A DNA stretch of 64,000 nt from an uncultured Dictyoglomota bacterium (GCA_964654465.1 CAZZIO010000035.1:16819-80818), one strand, 5' to 3'. Shown: positions 9,793 to 21,239, counted from the first letter of the stretch. Notes: generated by a model from the letters alone, not told the origin. Made by a program: numbers and translations.

Positions 9793-11363
9793 ATCTCCCG
9801 CATTTTTAGAATTCCATATTCTATACTCTGGACTAATGCTTCCCAGCTTGCTTCGATAATATTAGTTGAAACTCCCACAGTACTCCAAGTTTCTCCTTTA
9901 AAATTAGAAGAATCAATTAATACTCTTACCTTTGCTGCAGTACCTGCACCTCCATTAAGTACTCTGACTTTGAAATCTGAAAGATGAATGTTTTTTAACT
10001 CTGGGTAGAACTCAATAAGAGCTTTTCTCAATGCTTGATCTAATGCATGTACAGGACCATCCCCATCGGCTGCAACGTGAACCACATTATCTCCGATTTT
10101 TAATTTTAATGTTGCTTCAGTAATAGTTTCACCTTTATCTCCAATTTTCTCTATAATAACTCTCAATCCTATTAGATCAAATAATTTAGTTTCTTGCCCT
10201 AAGGCATGTCTTACTAAAAGCTCAAATGAAGCTTCTGCACCTTCAAAATAGTAACCCTCATTTTCAAGATGGGTAATCTGTTCTAATATCATTTTTGCGA
10301 GAGGTGAATCTCTATCAATATCAATATTTAATTCTTTTACTTTTGATACTATCGTACTTGTACCTGAAAGTTCAGATATGAGAAATCTTCTTTTATTTCC
10401 TACTTTTGATGGATCAATATGTTCGTAAGACCTGGGATTTTTTAACACAGCATTTACATGCACTCCACCTTTGTGAGCAAAAGCACTTCTTCCAACAAAA
10501 GGAGCAGTAGGATCAGGAGGAAGATTTGCCACTTCAGAAACCCAATTAGCTAAATCTGTAAGCTGAGCTAATTTATCTTCTGGAAGTACCTCATATCCCA
10601 TTTTTAATTGAAGAATTGGAATTATTGTACATAGATTTGAATTTCCACATCTTTCTCCATATCCGTTTATAGTTCCTTGAACCTGTGTAGCTCCTTCTCT
10701 AACTGCTATTATTGAATTAGCAACTGCAACACCACTATCGTTGTGAGTATGAATACCTAAAGGAACTTTTATTCTCTCTTTTACTTTTTTCATAATTTCT
10801 TCTACTTCCCATGGTAGTGTACCACCATTTGTATCAGCTAATACAATCCAATCAGCTCCTCCTTCGACTGCAGCATCTAATGTAGCCAAAGCATATTCCG
10901 AATCAGACTTGAAGCCATCAAAGAAATGTTCAGCATCATATATTACTTCTTTATTATGACTTTTTAGATATTTAACTGAATCATATATCATTTTAAGATT
11001 ATTATCTAAAGTAGTTTTCAAAACTTCCATAACATGAAGATCCCAAGTCTTTCCAAAAATTGTAACCACAGGGGTTTCGCTTTCTAAAAGAGATTTTAAA
11101 TTAGCATCATCCTCCGGTGTTACCTGGGCTCTTCTTGTACTCCCAAAGGCTGCTATCTTGGCTTTTTTAAGTGGTATTTCCTTAATTCTTTTGAAGAAAT
11201 TTAAATCCTTAGGATTAGAACCTGGCCATCCTCCTTCTATGTAATCAAAACCAAATTCATCAAGTTTTTGAGCTATTCTAATTTTATCTTCTAAAGAAAA
11301 AGAAATTCTTTCACTTTGAGCTCCATCTCTTAAGGTAGTATCATATAAAAAGATTTTTGTCAT
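9789..11363 (-). CDS. cimA: Citramalate synthase
   Basis: YDTTLRDGAQ, IEGGWPGSNPKD, YDAEHFFDG, AFAHKGGVH: bacterial CimA-type LeuA paralogue. Confidence 0.9.
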   Translation of the reverse strand: MTKIFLYDTTLRDGAQSERISFSLEDKIRIAQKLDEFGFDYIEGGWPGSNPKDLNFFKRIKEIPLKKAKIAAFGSTRRAQVTPEDDANLKSLLESETPVVTIFGKTWDLHVMEVLKTTLDNNLKMIYDSVKYLKSHNKEVIYDAEHFFDGFKSDSEYALATLDAAVEGGADWIVLADTNGGTLPWEVEEIMKKVKERIKVPLGIHTHNDSGVAVANSIIAVREGATQVQGTINGYGERCGNSNLCTIIPILQLKMGYEVLPEDKLAQLTDLANWVSEVANLPPDPTAPFVGRSAFAHKGGVHVNAVLKNPRSYEHIDPSKVGNKRRFLISELSGTSTIVSKVKELNIDIDRDSPLAKMILEQITHLENEGYYFEGAEASFELLVRHALGQETKLFDLIGLRVIIEKIGDKGETITEATLKLKIGDNVVHVAADGDGPVHALDQALRKALIEFYPELKNIHLSDFKVRVLNGGAGTAAKVRVLIDSSNFKGETWSTVGVSTNIIEASWEALVQSIEYGILKMREI

Positions 11364-11369
11364 GAATTA

Positions 11370-12461
11370 CTAAGCACCTCCTTCAATTATCTTACAAACC
11401 AAATCACCCATTTCTTCTGTACTTACTAATTGCTTTGCGTAGGGATTTCCTGTAAATAAATCTTGTGTAAAGTATCCACTATCAATTACTTTATCCACTG
11501 CATTTTCTATATCCTTTGCTTCTTTTTCTAAGTCAAAAGAATAACGGAACATCATAGCCACAGAAAGAATTGTTGCCAAAGGATTTGCTATATTTTTTCC
11601 TGCAATATCTGGAGCTGTACCATGAATAGGCTCATATAAACCTTTTGTCCCTTCCCCTAAACTTGCTGAGGGTAACATTCCTATTGAGCCTGTAATTACT
11701 GCTGCTTCATCACTTAAAATGTCTCCAAAAGTATTTTCAGTAAGAATTACATCAAACTGTTTAGGATTTCTTACAATCTGCATAGCACAATTATCTACGT
11801 ACATATGCTCTAAATTCACATCCATGTATTCTTTACTTACTTCATCCACAATCTTTCTCCATAACCTTGAACATTCCAATATATTCGCCTTATCTACTGA
11901 TGTAACTTTTTTATTTCTTTTTTGAGCCATTTTAAAAGCCACATGAGCAATTCTTTTTATTTCAGAAGCTTTATATGTCATAGTATCTATAGCCATTTCT
12001 TCTCCATTTTCAACCCTTATCTCCTTGGGTTTTCCAAAATATAGTCCTCCGGTAAGCTCTCTAACTATTACAAAATCTACTCCTTTTAAAACCTCTGGTT
12101 TTATAGTAGATGAAAATGAAAGTTTTTCAAATACTTTAATTGGCCTAATATTAGCAAAAAGATTAAAGCCACCTCTAAGTTTTAAAAGAGCTTTTTCAGG
12201 ACGTTTTTCACCCGGAAGATTGTCCCACTTAGGTCCACCTACAGCTCCAAGTAGTATAGCATCGCTTTCTTCACATAATTTCCATGTCTCATCAGGCAAA
12301 GGATCTCCATATTTATCAATTGCTTCTCCTCCAACAATACCCTCTAACAATTCAATCTTATGCCCATATTTTTTCTCAATAGTTTTAATAACTTTAATAG
12401 CTTGCTTAACTACTTCAGGACCTATGCCATCACCAGGAAGTACTGCTATCTTAAGCTTCAT
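11370..12461 (-). CDS. leuB: 3-isopropylmalate dehydrogenase
   Basis: [34 protein letters not shown]. Confidence 0.97.
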   Translation of the reverse strand: MKLKIAVLPGDGIGPEVVKQAIKVIKTIEKKYGHKIELLEGIVGGEAIDKYGDPLPDETWKLCEESDAILLGAVGGPKWDNLPGEKRPEKALLKLRGGFNLFANIRPIKVFEKLSFSSTIKPEVLKGVDFVIVRELTGGLYFGKPKEIRVENGEEMAIDTMTYKASEIKRIAHVAFKMAQKRNKKVTSVDKANILECSRLWRKIVDEVSKEYMDVNLEHMYVDNCAMQIVRNPKQFDVILTENTFGDILSDEAAVITGSIGMLPSASLGEGTKGLYEPIHGTAPDIAGKNIANPLATILSVAMMFRYSFDLEKEAKDIENAVDKVIDSGYFTQDLFTGNPYAKQLVSTEEMGDLVCKIIEGGA

Positions 12462-12964
12462 TATTTCCCTCCTTTAATTCTTTCCTTAGCAAAATTAATT
12501 AGACCACCTTTTTTAATTATTTCTTGAATAAGGGGAGGGAAGGGGAATGTTTTAAAAGTCTCTCCCGTTGTTATGTTCTTTACAATCCCATTATCAAAAT
12601 CTACTTCTATTTCGTCTCCTTCTTTTATTTTATCAACTGATTCTGGTACCTCCAATATTGGTAAGCCAATATTTATAGCATTTCTATAAAATATACGAGC
12701 AAAGGATTTTGCTATTATACATTGAACTCCAGAAGCTTTAATTGCAATAGGGGCGTGTTCCCTGGAAGAGCCACAGCCAAAATTTTCTCCTACTACTAAT
12801 ATATTTTTTTCTTTTACTTTATTTTTAAAGTACAAATCAAGATCTTCCATACAATGTTCAGAAAGTTCCTTAGGATCGGTTGTATTTAAGTATCTTGCAG
12901 GGATAATTACATCGGTATCAATATTGTCTCCATATTTTAATGCAAACCCTCTAAACACCATCAT
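12461..12964 (-). CDS. leuD: 3-isopropylmalate dehydratase small subunit
   Basis: [26 protein letters not shown]; start at the TAATG overlap with leuC. Confidence 0.96.
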   Translation of the reverse strand: MMVFRGFALKYGDNIDTDVIIPARYLNTTDPKELSEHCMEDLDLYFKNKVKEKNILVVGENFGCGSSREHAPIAIKASGVQCIIAKSFARIFYRNAINIGLPILEVPESVDKIKEGDEIEVDFDNGIVKNITTGETFKTFPFPPLIQEIIKKGGLINFAKERIKGGK

Positions 12965-14238
12965 TACTCTTTCACCTCCACTTCCCATGGAGCAGCTATT
13001 CTTCCAAGAATAGCAGAAGCAGCTGCTACTGCGGGATTAGCCAAATATACTTCACTTTTCGGATGCCCCATTCTACCAACAAAATTCCTATTAGTTGTTG
13101 CTACAGCTCTCTCACCATCTGCCAATACTCCCAAATGTCCTCCTAAACACGGTCCACAACTTGGTGGTGTTATTGAAGCTCCAGCTTCTAAAAATATTTC
13201 TAATAAGCCTTCTCTTAATGCATCCATATATATACGCGGTGTGGCGGGTGTTATTATAAGTCTAACATCAGGATGTACCTTATGCCCTTTTAAAATTTTA
13301 GCTGCCATCCTTAAGTCTTCAATTCTTCCATTAGTGCATGACCCTATATAGACTTGATCTATATAAATGTCTTTACTTATTGAAGAAATCGGCTTTACAT
13401 TACTTGGTAGATGAGGAAAAGCTACAACAGGCTCCCACTTACTTACATCCCATTCATATATTTCTTTATAATTAGCATCAGGATCACTTTTATAGAATTT
13501 ATACCCTCTTTTTGCTCTTCCTTTTACATATTCTAATGTGATTTCATCGGGTTCTATTATTCCGTTTTTTGCTCCTGCTTCAATAGCCATATTGCATATA
13601 GTAAGCCTATCAGACATAGGAAGGGTTCTAATGATTTCACCTGTAAATTCCATTGCTTTATATCTTGCACCATCAACTCCTATATATCCTATTGTTTGTA
13701 GTATTAGATCTTTTCCAGTTACCCACTGTGGTAATTTTCCATAATAAACAAATTTTAAACTTTCTGGAACTTTAAACCATATTTCTCCAGTTGCCATAGC
13801 ATAAGCAAAATCGGTACTGCCTACACCTGTTGAAAAGGCTCCTAATGCTCCGTAGGTACATGTATGAGAATCAGCCCCAATAATACAATCACCTGGTAAT
13901 ACTAAACCCTCCTCAGGGAGTAAAGCATGTTCAATTCCAACTCTACCGACCTCATAATAATATTTTATATTATGTTTTTTTGCAAAATCTCTTAACATTT
14001 TACTTTGCATAGCTGACTTTATATCTTTATTAGGCGTAGAATGGTCTGGAATTAAAGCAATTCTTTCAGGATCAAATACCTTTTCTGCCCCAATTTTTTC
14101 AAATTCTTTAATTGCAAGTGGACCTGTAATATCATTAGCAAGAATAAAATCAAGTTTTGCAAAAATTAATTCTCCTGGATATACTTCTTTTCTTCCAGAA
14201 TGATCTGCTAATATTTTTTCTGTTATTGTCATTCCCAT
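12964..14238 (-). CDS. leuC: 3-isopropylmalate dehydratase large subunit
   Basis: [41 protein letters not shown]. Confidence 0.97.
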   Translation of the reverse strand: MGMTITEKILADHSGRKEVYPGELIFAKLDFILANDITGPLAIKEFEKIGAEKVFDPERIALIPDHSTPNKDIKSAMQSKMLRDFAKKHNIKYYYEVGRVGIEHALLPEEGLVLPGDCIIGADSHTCTYGALGAFSTGVGSTDFAYAMATGEIWFKVPESLKFVYYGKLPQWVTGKDLILQTIGYIGVDGARYKAMEFTGEIIRTLPMSDRLTICNMAIEAGAKNGIIEPDEITLEYVKGRAKRGYKFYKSDPDANYKEIYEWDVSKWEPVVAFPHLPSNVKPISSISKDIYIDQVYIGSCTNGRIEDLRMAAKILKGHKVHPDVRLIITPATPRIYMDALREGLLEIFLEAGASITPPSCGPCLGGHLGVLADGERAVATTNRNFVGRMGHPKSEVYLANPAVAAASAILGRIAAPWEVEVKE

Positions 14239-14277
14239 TTATCTAAAAGCCTCCTTTTTTTTACGAAACTTATTCTG

Positions 14278-15789
14278 TTAATCTTTACCCCTAAACATAA
14301 TCATTTGATTAATAGCCCTTAAATAAGCTTTTGCACTTGCTTCTACGATATCAGTACTTGACGCCCTACCAACATAAAAGTTTCCGTCTTTATCTGATAT
14401 CTTTACCACTGCTTCTCCTAAAGCATCAGTACCACCAGTAATAGACTTTAATGAGAAATCTTCAAGATTATGCTGTATTTTTACCGCCTTTGATATAGCT
14501 TTATAAACAGCATCCACTGGACCATTTCCTATCTCTACAGATTTTATTGTTTCACCATCTTCTGCAATGATTACAGTTGCAGTTGGTACTATTCCTATTC
14601 CGCTGACTACTTGAAGATGTTCTAACTTATAAAATTCAGGTATAAGTCTCATTTGATTAGATACTATTGCCTCAATATCCCTGTCTGTAATTTCTTTCTT
14701 TTTATCAGCCAATTCTTTGAACTTCTTAAAAGCTTCCTCCAATTGATCTGCTGACAAATTATAACCTAATTCTTGCAATCTCTTTTCAAAAGCATGTTTG
14801 CCTGAATGTTTACCAAGGACTATTCTACTTTCAGGTATACCTATCATTTTAGGATCTATAATTTCATAAGTAGTTGGATCTTGAATTATTCCATGTTGAT
14901 GGATACCTGATTCATGAGCAAAGGCATTTTCTCCAACTACTGCTTTATTAGGCTGAATAGGAATACCTGTTAGAGTACTTACTAATTTGCTTGTTTTATA
15001 TATTTCTTGAGTATTAATACCTACTTCATAAGGAAGTCTTCTTACTTTTATTGCCATAATAATTTCTTCCATGGCTGCATTTCCAGCTCTTTCACCCAAT
15101 CCATTTATTGTACATTCTACTTGTTCTGCTCCATTTATTATTGCAGAGAGAGAATTAGCAGTAGCAAGCCCTAAATCATTATGGCAATGTACACTAACTA
15201 TAACTTTATCTATATTTTTTACATTTTCTTTCAGCCTCTTAATAAGTTCACCAAATTCCCAGGGTAAGGCATAACCAACTGTATCAGGTACATTTATGAC
15301 AGTTGCTCCAGCCTCTATAACAGCCTCAAACACTTTACATAGAAAATTAAAATCACTTCTAACTGCATCTTCTGCTGAAAACTCCACATCACTACAATAT
15401 CTTTTTGCATATTTAACAGCTGAAACAGCTTGTTCAAGAACCTCATCTCTTGTTTTTCTTAGTTTTTTCTCAATATGTATATCAGAAGTGGCAATAAAGG
15501 TATGAATCCTAGGAGATTCTGCTCCTTTTATAGCTTCCCATGCTCTATCAATATCTAAAGGAATAGCTCTTGCAAGAGCAGCAATAATAGATCCTCTTAC
15601 ATTATCTGCTATATTCTTTACAGCCTCAAATTCTCCAGGAGATGCAATTGGAAATCCAGCTTCAATGATATCCACATTAAGCTTAGCAAGTTGTTTTGCT
15701 ATTTCTAATTTCTCTTCCTTATTTAAGTTAACTCCAGGGGTTTGTTCTCCATCCCTCAAAGTTGTATCAAAGATGTATACCTTTGACAT
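14278..15789 (-). CDS. leuA: 2-isopropylmalate synthase
   Basis: [30 protein letters not shown]-terminal regulatory GNGPVDA. Confidence 0.97.
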   Translation of the reverse strand: MSKVYIFDTTLRDGEQTPGVNLNKEEKLEIAKQLAKLNVDIIEAGFPIASPGEFEAVKNIADNVRGSIIAALARAIPLDIDRAWEAIKGAESPRIHTFIATSDIHIEKKLRKTRDEVLEQAVSAVKYAKRYCSDVEFSAEDAVRSDFNFLCKVFEAVIEAGATVINVPDTVGYALPWEFGELIKRLKENVKNIDKVIVSVHCHNDLGLATANSLSAIINGAEQVECTINGLGERAGNAAMEEIIMAIKVRRLPYEVGINTQEIYKTSKLVSTLTGIPIQPNKAVVGENAFAHESGIHQHGIIQDPTTYEIIDPKMIGIPESRIVLGKHSGKHAFEKRLQELGYNLSADQLEEAFKKFKELADKKKEITDRDIEAIVSNQMRLIPEFYKLEHLQVVSGIGIVPTATVIIAEDGETIKSVEIGNGPVDAVYKAISKAVKIQHNLEDFSLKSITGGTDALGEAVVKISDKDGNFYVGRASSTDIVEASAKAYLRAINQMIMFRGKD

Positions 15790-15812
15790 AAAAACTCACC
15801 ACCTTAAATTAA

Positions 15813-16808
15813 TTACTTTTTCTTTAACCAAGGCATCATTTCTCTTAAGATTTTTCCAACCTTTTCTATTAGATGTTCCTCATCCTTTTTCAAAAGAGCA
15901 TTAAAAACTGGTCTTCCTACTTGATTTTCAAGTATCCATTCCTTTGCAAATTGTCCACTTTGTATTTCATACAATATCTTTTTCATTTCTTTTTTAGTCT
16001 CTTCATTAATAATCCTTGGACCTCTTGTTATATCACCATACTTAGCTGTATCTGAGATGGCTTTTCTCATAAAGCTTATACCACCTTGGTTTATAAGATC
16101 CACAATAAGCTTCATCTCATGTAAACACTCATAATAAGCAACTTCTGGCTGATAACCTGCCTCAACAAGAGTCTCAAATCCAGCCTTAATTAACGCAGTA
16201 ACTCCACCACATAATACTACTTGTTCGCCAAAAAGATCTGTTTCTGTTTCTTCTTTAAAGGTGGTCTCTATTACTCCTGCTCTTGTAGCTCCGATACCTT
16301 TGGCATAAGCAAGAGCAATTTCTTTAGCTTTTTGAGAATAATCCTGATATACGGCAAACAATGCAGGTACTCCTTTACCTTCTACATATAAATCTCTTAC
16401 AAGTGGTCCAGGCCCTTTAGGAGCTACCATAAATACATCAACAAAGGGTGGGGGAACTATTTGGGAAAAATGTATATTAAATCCATGAGCAAATCCTAAA
16501 GCTTGATTTGGTTTTAAATATGGCATTACTTGATTATTATAGATATGTGGTTGTTCTGTATCTGGTATTAAAAACATTATTATATCGGCTTTTTGTACAG
16601 CATTCTCTATTTTTTCTACGTTCATACCTTCCTCTACAGCTCTTTTCCATGATTCACCGTTAGGTCTTACTCCCACTATAACGTTGAGTCCACTGTCCTT
16701 CAAATTTCTGGCATGGGCACGACCTTGACTACCATAGCCAATAATAACAATAGTTTTACCTTTAATGATATCTAAACTAACATCTGAATCATGATAAACC
16801 TTTGCCAT
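15813..16808 (-). CDS. ilvC: Ketol-acid reductoisomerase
   Basis: [35 protein letters not shown]. Confidence 0.98.
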   Translation of the reverse strand: MAKVYHDSDVSLDIIKGKTIVIIGYGSQGRAHARNLKDSGLNVIVGVRPNGESWKRAVEEGMNVEKIENAVQKADIIMFLIPDTEQPHIYNNQVMPYLKPNQALGFAHGFNIHFSQIVPPPFVDVFMVAPKGPGPLVRDLYVEGKGVPALFAVYQDYSQKAKEIALAYAKGIGATRAGVIETTFKEETETDLFGEQVVLCGGVTALIKAGFETLVEAGYQPEVAYYECLHEMKLIVDLINQGGISFMRKAISDTAKYGDITRGPRIINEETKKEMKKILYEIQSGQFAKEWILENQVGRPVFNALLKKDEEHLIEKVGKILREMMPWLKKK

Positions 16809-16834
16809 AGTAGAACCTCCTCATATTAAAGTTT

Positions 16835-17317
16835 TCATAATTTTAATCCTCTCTCCATAACAATCTTTCCAGTACGTACCATTTCCTTAATTCCGTATGG
16901 CTCCAAATTCTTCTTAAAGGCATCTATTTTCTCGCTATCTCCAGTAACTTCAATAATAAGATCCTTATCACTAACATCAACTATACTTGCCCTAAATATT
17001 TCAACTAAATCTATAATAGCCCTACGAGTTGATGCATCTGATTTAACTCTTATTAAAGCGAGTTCTCTTTCTACAACAGGAACACCTGTAAAATCATTAA
17101 CTTTAATAACTTCTATTAGTTTGTAAGCTTGCTTTGTTATTTGCTCTAATACCTTTTCATCTCCATTTACAACTAATGTAATACGAGAAAGATTAGGAGT
17201 TTCTGTGGTATTAACTGCTAAACTCTCTATATTATAACCTCTTCTACTAAAGAGTCCTGCAATTCTTGCTAATACTCCAGGCTTATTTTCTACAATTAAT
17301 GATAAGGTATGTTGCAT
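16835..17317 (-). CDS. ilvN: Acetolactate synthase small (regulatory) subunit
   Basis: VENKPGVLARIAGLFSRRGYNIESL; start set at ATG 17317. Confidence 0.97.
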   Translation of the reverse strand: MQHTLSLIVENKPGVLARIAGLFSRRGYNIESLAVNTTETPNLSRITLVVNGDEKVLEQITKQAYKLIEVIKVNDFTGVPVVERELALIRVKSDASTRRAIIDLVEIFRASIVDVSDKDLIIEVTGDSEKIDAFKKNLEPYGIKEMVRTGKIVMERGLKL

Positions 17318-17333
17318 AAAACATTCGCCTCCT

Positions 17334-19007
17334 TTAGTCAATCATCATTTTATCAATAGAACCACCGGCTGGGATCATAGGAAAGACATTAGCTTCCCTT
17401 TTTACTTTAATATCTACTATTACTGGAGCATCGTTTATATTCAGTGCCCACTCAATAGCATCTTCTAGTTCATCAATTTTAGTAACTTTTCTCCCATATG
17501 CTCCATATGCATCTGCTAATTTTTCAAAATCGGGAGCTACATCTAATAATGTACATGCATATCTCTTGTTATAAAAAAGTTCTTGCCACTGTCTGACCAT
17601 GCCAAGACAGCTGTTATTTAAAACAAAGATCTTAACAGGTAGTTTCTCTGCTGAGGCAGTAGCTAATTCCTGAATATTCATCTGTATACTTCCATCACCT
17701 GCTATATCAATAACAATTTTATCTTTATTTGCTATTTTGGCTCCTATTGAGGCTGGAAATCCAAATCCCATCGTTCCTAAGCCACCAGAAGTAATAAATT
17801 GTCTAGGTCTTTTTACTTTATAAAACTGGGCAGCCCACATTTGATTTTGTCCTACTTCTGTGACTACTATAGCTTCTCCTTTGGTTTTTTCATAGATTTT
17901 TTCAATTACATACTGGGGTACTATTTCATCATCATACCATCTATATCTTAAAGGATACTTAGTCTTCCATTCTTTAATCTTTTCCCACCAGATAGGATTA
18001 TGTTTTGGCTCTACTATCTCGCACAATTTCTCTAAAGCTCTTTTAGCGTCTGCCACAATAGGTATATCAACAGAAACATTTTTACCAACTTCAGCTGGAT
18101 CTATATCTATATGAATTATCTTAGCATGTGGAGCAAAGGTTTCTACTTTTCCTGTAGATCTATCACTAAATCTTACTCCTATAGCAATAATAAGATCACT
18201 TTCATTTATAGCATAATTTGCATAAGCAGCCCCATGCATCCCTATAAATCCACAACATAACTCATGATCTTCTGGTATAGAGCCTTTTCCCATTAATGTG
18301 GTTACTACAGGAGTATTAATTTTTTCTGCAAATTTAATAAGCTCTGTAGAAGCATCTGAAGATATTACTCCACCACCTGCCAGTATAATTGGTCTTTCTG
18401 ACTCTTTTATTAATTGGGCAGCTTTTCTAAGTTGTAATGGATGTGGTTCATAATTAGGACGATATCCAAGAAGTTCTACTTTGTTAGGTACAGAGTATTC
18501 AATTTTTGAAGAAAATACATCTGCTGGAATATCAATTAAAACAGGACCTTTTCTACCTGTTTTTGCTATATAAAAAGCTTCTTTAATTATTCTTAGTGCC
18601 TCACTTGGATCTTTCAATAGATAATTATGTTTAGTAATTGGCATGGTTATACCACGGGTATCTACTTCTTGAAATGAATCTTTTCCTATAGCAGAAGTTC
18701 TTACCTGTCCAGTTATAGCCACGATTGGAGTAGAATCCATATATGCTGTTGCTATACCTGTCACTAAATTGGTAGCTCCTGGGCCAGAGGTAGCCACACA
18801 TACACCAACTTTACCTGTTGATCTCGCATAACCATCTGCAGCATGAGCTGCACCTTGCTCATGCCTTACTAATACGTGCTTAAGGGTAGAATTATATAAT
18901 GCATCATAAAAACTTATGACAGCACCACCCGGATAACCAAATAATATTTCAATCCCTTCTTCTTCCTGCATATATTTTATTATTGCTTCAGCTACTGTCA
19001 TCTGCAT
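17334..19007 (-). CDS. ilvB: Acetolactate synthase large subunit
   Basis: FGYPGGA, RHEQGAAHAADGYAR, ThDP motif GDGS..NN; start ATG 19007 after SD AGGAGG. Confidence 0.97.
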   Translation of the reverse strand: MQMTVAEAIIKYMQEEEGIEILFGYPGGAVISFYDALYNSTLKHVLVRHEQGAAHAADGYARSTGKVGVCVATSGPGATNLVTGIATAYMDSTPIVAITGQVRTSAIGKDSFQEVDTRGITMPITKHNYLLKDPSEALRIIKEAFYIAKTGRKGPVLIDIPADVFSSKIEYSVPNKVELLGYRPNYEPHPLQLRKAAQLIKESERPIILAGGGVISSDASTELIKFAEKINTPVVTTLMGKGSIPEDHELCCGFIGMHGAAYANYAINESDLIIAIGVRFSDRSTGKVETFAPHAKIIHIDIDPAEVGKNVSVDIPIVADAKRALEKLCEIVEPKHNPIWWEKIKEWKTKYPLRYRWYDDEIVPQYVIEKIYEKTKGEAIVVTEVGQNQMWAAQFYKVKRPRQFITSGGLGTMGFGFPASIGAKIANKDKIVIDIAGDGSIQMNIQELATASAEKLPVKIFVLNNSCLGMVRQWQELFYNKRYACTLLDVAPDFEKLADAYGAYGRKVTKIDELEDAIEWALNINDAPVIVDIKVKREANVFPMIPAGGSIDKMMID

Positions 19008-19029
19008 GATATTTTTACCTCCTTTCTTA

Positions 19030-19270
19030 AAATAAAAGCTTCTCAACCACAACAAGGATGAGAAGCTCCCACGGTACCACCTTTATTGCCTTAAGATAAT
19101 TATACTTAAGGCCTCTCTTCTCTTTAACGCAGAGATACGTGAAATCCTACTAAAAGTTTCAGATTTCAAGCTCCGAGGCGAGTTCTATAGACCGCAACAC
19201 CAGGTCACACCAACCCCCTGGCTCTCTGTAAAATATGCAAATCTACATACTGCTCCTCTTCATCGCCTTT
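19030..19270 (-). ncRNA. Leucine T-box riboswitch (specifier CUC) with terminator
   Basis: Minus strand: stem I with AGTA, AGAGA and GGTGTGA motifs; specifier GAA-CTC-GCC (CTC at 19182-19180); T-box AATAAAGGTGGTACCGTG (19087-19070); terminator stem AGCTTCTCA/TGAGAAGCT followed by TTTATTT. Confidence 0.95.
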
Positions 19271-19292
19271 GATTTTTTATATTTAATCAGGA

Positions 19293-19321
19293 ATATTATC
19301 ATACAAAATTTTTTTTGTAAA
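19293..19321 (-). promoter_or_regulatory. ilv-leu operon promoter
   Basis: TTTACA-N17-TAATAT with extended -10 TG, just upstream of the T-box. Confidence 0.55.
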
Positions 19322-19367
19322 GAGGGTTAGATGAAATTTTTATATGAATTTTCCTATTTTTATTTTT

Positions 19368-19395
19368 ACTTCCGATAATATATATTATGTAAAGT
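19368..19395. other. dif site (XerC/XerD chromosome dimer resolution site)
   Basis: ACTTCCGATAA-TATATA-TTATGTAAAGT: 11-6-11 architecture; 25/28 identical to the Bacillus subtilis dif as I recall it (ACTTCCTAGAA TATATA TTATGTAAACT); intergenic. Confidence 0.88.
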
Positions 19396-19443
19396 TATTT
19401 TGAGAAAAAAATTAAGAAAGTGGATTATATATTTAATTAAAAT

Positions 19444-19479
19444 CCCAAAATTTTTGTTATAATATAACAAATTTTAGGG
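19444..19479 (+). promoter_or_regulatory. Palindromic operator-like site overlapping an extended -10 upstream of the plus-strand pilin cluster
   Basis: TTTGTTATA-A-TATAACAAA (19453-19471) inside a longer imperfect inverted repeat; contains TGtTATAAT. Confidence 0.5.
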
Positions 19480-19526
19480 TATAATTATTTAATAAGAAAA
19501 AATTGTAAATAAAGGGAGTAGAGAGT

Positions 19527-21239
19527 ATGAAAAATAAAAATTGGGTGAGGGAAAAGGGGGATATAAGTTTAATAACAGCTTTAACTCTTGCAATTTTTGT
19601 AACTGCTCTTATTGCTTTACTTTTAAATCTTCCCATTGAACAATCTTACTTTACGCGCAGAAATCAAGCAAGAGATCAGGTTTTATATGCTACTCAAATA
19701 GGAATCAAAAGTATTTTAACTACTGCAAGATATTATTTAAAAGAAGAAATAGGTAAACTTAAAGTCTCCGAAATTACAGAAGATAGAATGAGAAATATAT
19801 TATCTTCATCAAATCCAAATTTTATAAATACAATTCAATTTATATATACAAATACAGCTCAGGTGGATCCTACTACAATATATTCCTTAAATAGTTATTC
19901 TTTTACTTTATCTGCTTATTCTGCAAGTGTTAGAGGTGGAGTTACAGATTATATAACCTATACATATAATTACACCATTGTATGTACAGGTAGGAAGGTA
20001 AATTTTTCACCTGCAGTTACTCTTACAGTTACTGTTACCGGAAAAATTGAAGGAGTTTTACGAAGAGAAAATTTTGCAAGATTTGCCCTATTTACAGATT
20101 TACATCAAATGGCTGATGGCTCAACAGTATGGTTTACAGATAGGACACGATTTTATGGACCAGTTCACACCAATGGGGAATTTGCCTTTGCTTATACTCC
20201 ACAATTCTTTGATATAGTGACATCATCTGCAGCAACTGCAATGTTTTACAATAGAGGAAGAACAGTAAGACTTAGTGCAGATAGAAATCCTCCAAATGAC
20301 GTTCCATTCTTTGCACAAGGATTTATAAGAGGTGCTAGTAAAATTGATCTTCCACCTACCACATATACTCAGCTTTATGCAGCGCTATCTTATTTTCCTG
20401 GTGATGTTTTTCCTACTTATTCTCCAACATACTCTATTATTAGAAGCTATTTAGGTTTACCTGTTAATAACAATCCTCCTCCAGATGGTGTATATACTAT
20501 TACAATTGCAAATGGTGGTGGTATATATGTAAAAGGAGATGCTAGTATAGAATTCGGCAAAGACTCATCAGGAAGAGCTGTATATACTATCGCCCAAGGA
20601 AACAATACATATGTTTTTACTATTGATTCTGAAAATAATAAAACTTATGTAAAAATAGGGAATAATACTATTGTGATAAATAAAGTACCAAATGGAGTTA
20701 TATATGTGGACGGAAATATAACAAGTATAAAGGGGTTAATTCAAAAAGATCAAAGATTGTCTGTTATTGCAGCGAACACAATTACTATCACAAATAATCT
20801 TGTTTATGAAGATGATCCAAGAAATAATCCTAATGCAATTAATGTTCTTGGTCTTTTAGCACAAAATGGAAATATATGGATTGATACCAAAAATCCAGAT
20901 GGTACTCCTCTTAGGGATCCAAATATTCATGGAGTATTAATGGCCCCAAATGGAGTCGTACAAGTAATGAACTATAATACAAGATCTCCTGCAGGTGATG
21001 TACATTTACTTGGAGGAATTATATCAAAAAGGTACGGAGCATTTGGAACTTTTACTACAGATAGAAATGGTAATCCCGTACCAAAGACTGGTTATGGTAG
21101 AGATTTCTGGTATGATTATAGAATGCGTACTGGGTATGCACCTCCATATTTCCCTACTACTAATAGAACTATTCAGGAAGGTAATCCTCAAACCCAGAGA
21201 TGGGTAACTATAGATTCATGGGTGGAGAGCTGGAGATGA
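19527..21239 (+). CDS. Large PilX/K-type pilin-like protein, ComZ/DUF4900-like
   Basis: Basic leader ending KG, hydrophobic helix without Glu5; FARFALFTD, GPVHTNG, beta-rich repeats (GIYVKGD, GVIYVDGNI, IHGVLMA), C-terminal TGYGRDFWYDYRM..GYAPPYFP. Confidence 0.7.
   Translation: MKNKNWVREKGDISLITALTLAIFVTALIALLLNLPIEQSYFTRRNQARDQVLYATQIGIKSILTTARYYLKEEIGKLKVSEITEDRMRNILSSSNPNFINTIQFIYTNTAQVDPTTIYSLNSYSFTLSAYSASVRGGVTDYITYTYNYTIVCTGRKVNFSPAVTLTVTVTGKIEGVLRRENFARFALFTDLHQMADGSTVWFTDRTRFYGPVHTNGEFAFAYTPQFFDIVTSSAATAMFYNRGRTVRLSADRNPPNDVPFFAQGFIRGASKIDLPPTTYTQLYAALSYFPGDVFPTYSPTYSIIRSYLGLPVNNNPPPDGVYTITIANGGGIYVKGDASIEFGKDSSGRAVYTIAQGNNTYVFTIDSENNKTYVKIGNNTIVINKVPNGVIYVDGNITSIKGLIQKDQRLSVIAANTITITNNLVYEDDPRNNPNAINVLGLLAQNGNIWIDTKNPDGTPLRDPNIHGVLMAPNGVVQVMNYNTRSPAGDVHLLGGIISKRYGAFGTFTTDRNGNPVPKTGYGRDFWYDYRMRTGYAPPYFPTTNRTIQEGNPQTQRWVTIDSWVESWR

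Noticed and set aside
19008-19055. N-terminal extension of IlvB, or a leader peptide
   Set aside because: It lies in the T-box terminator; the SD supports ATG 19007 and regulation is explained by the T-box
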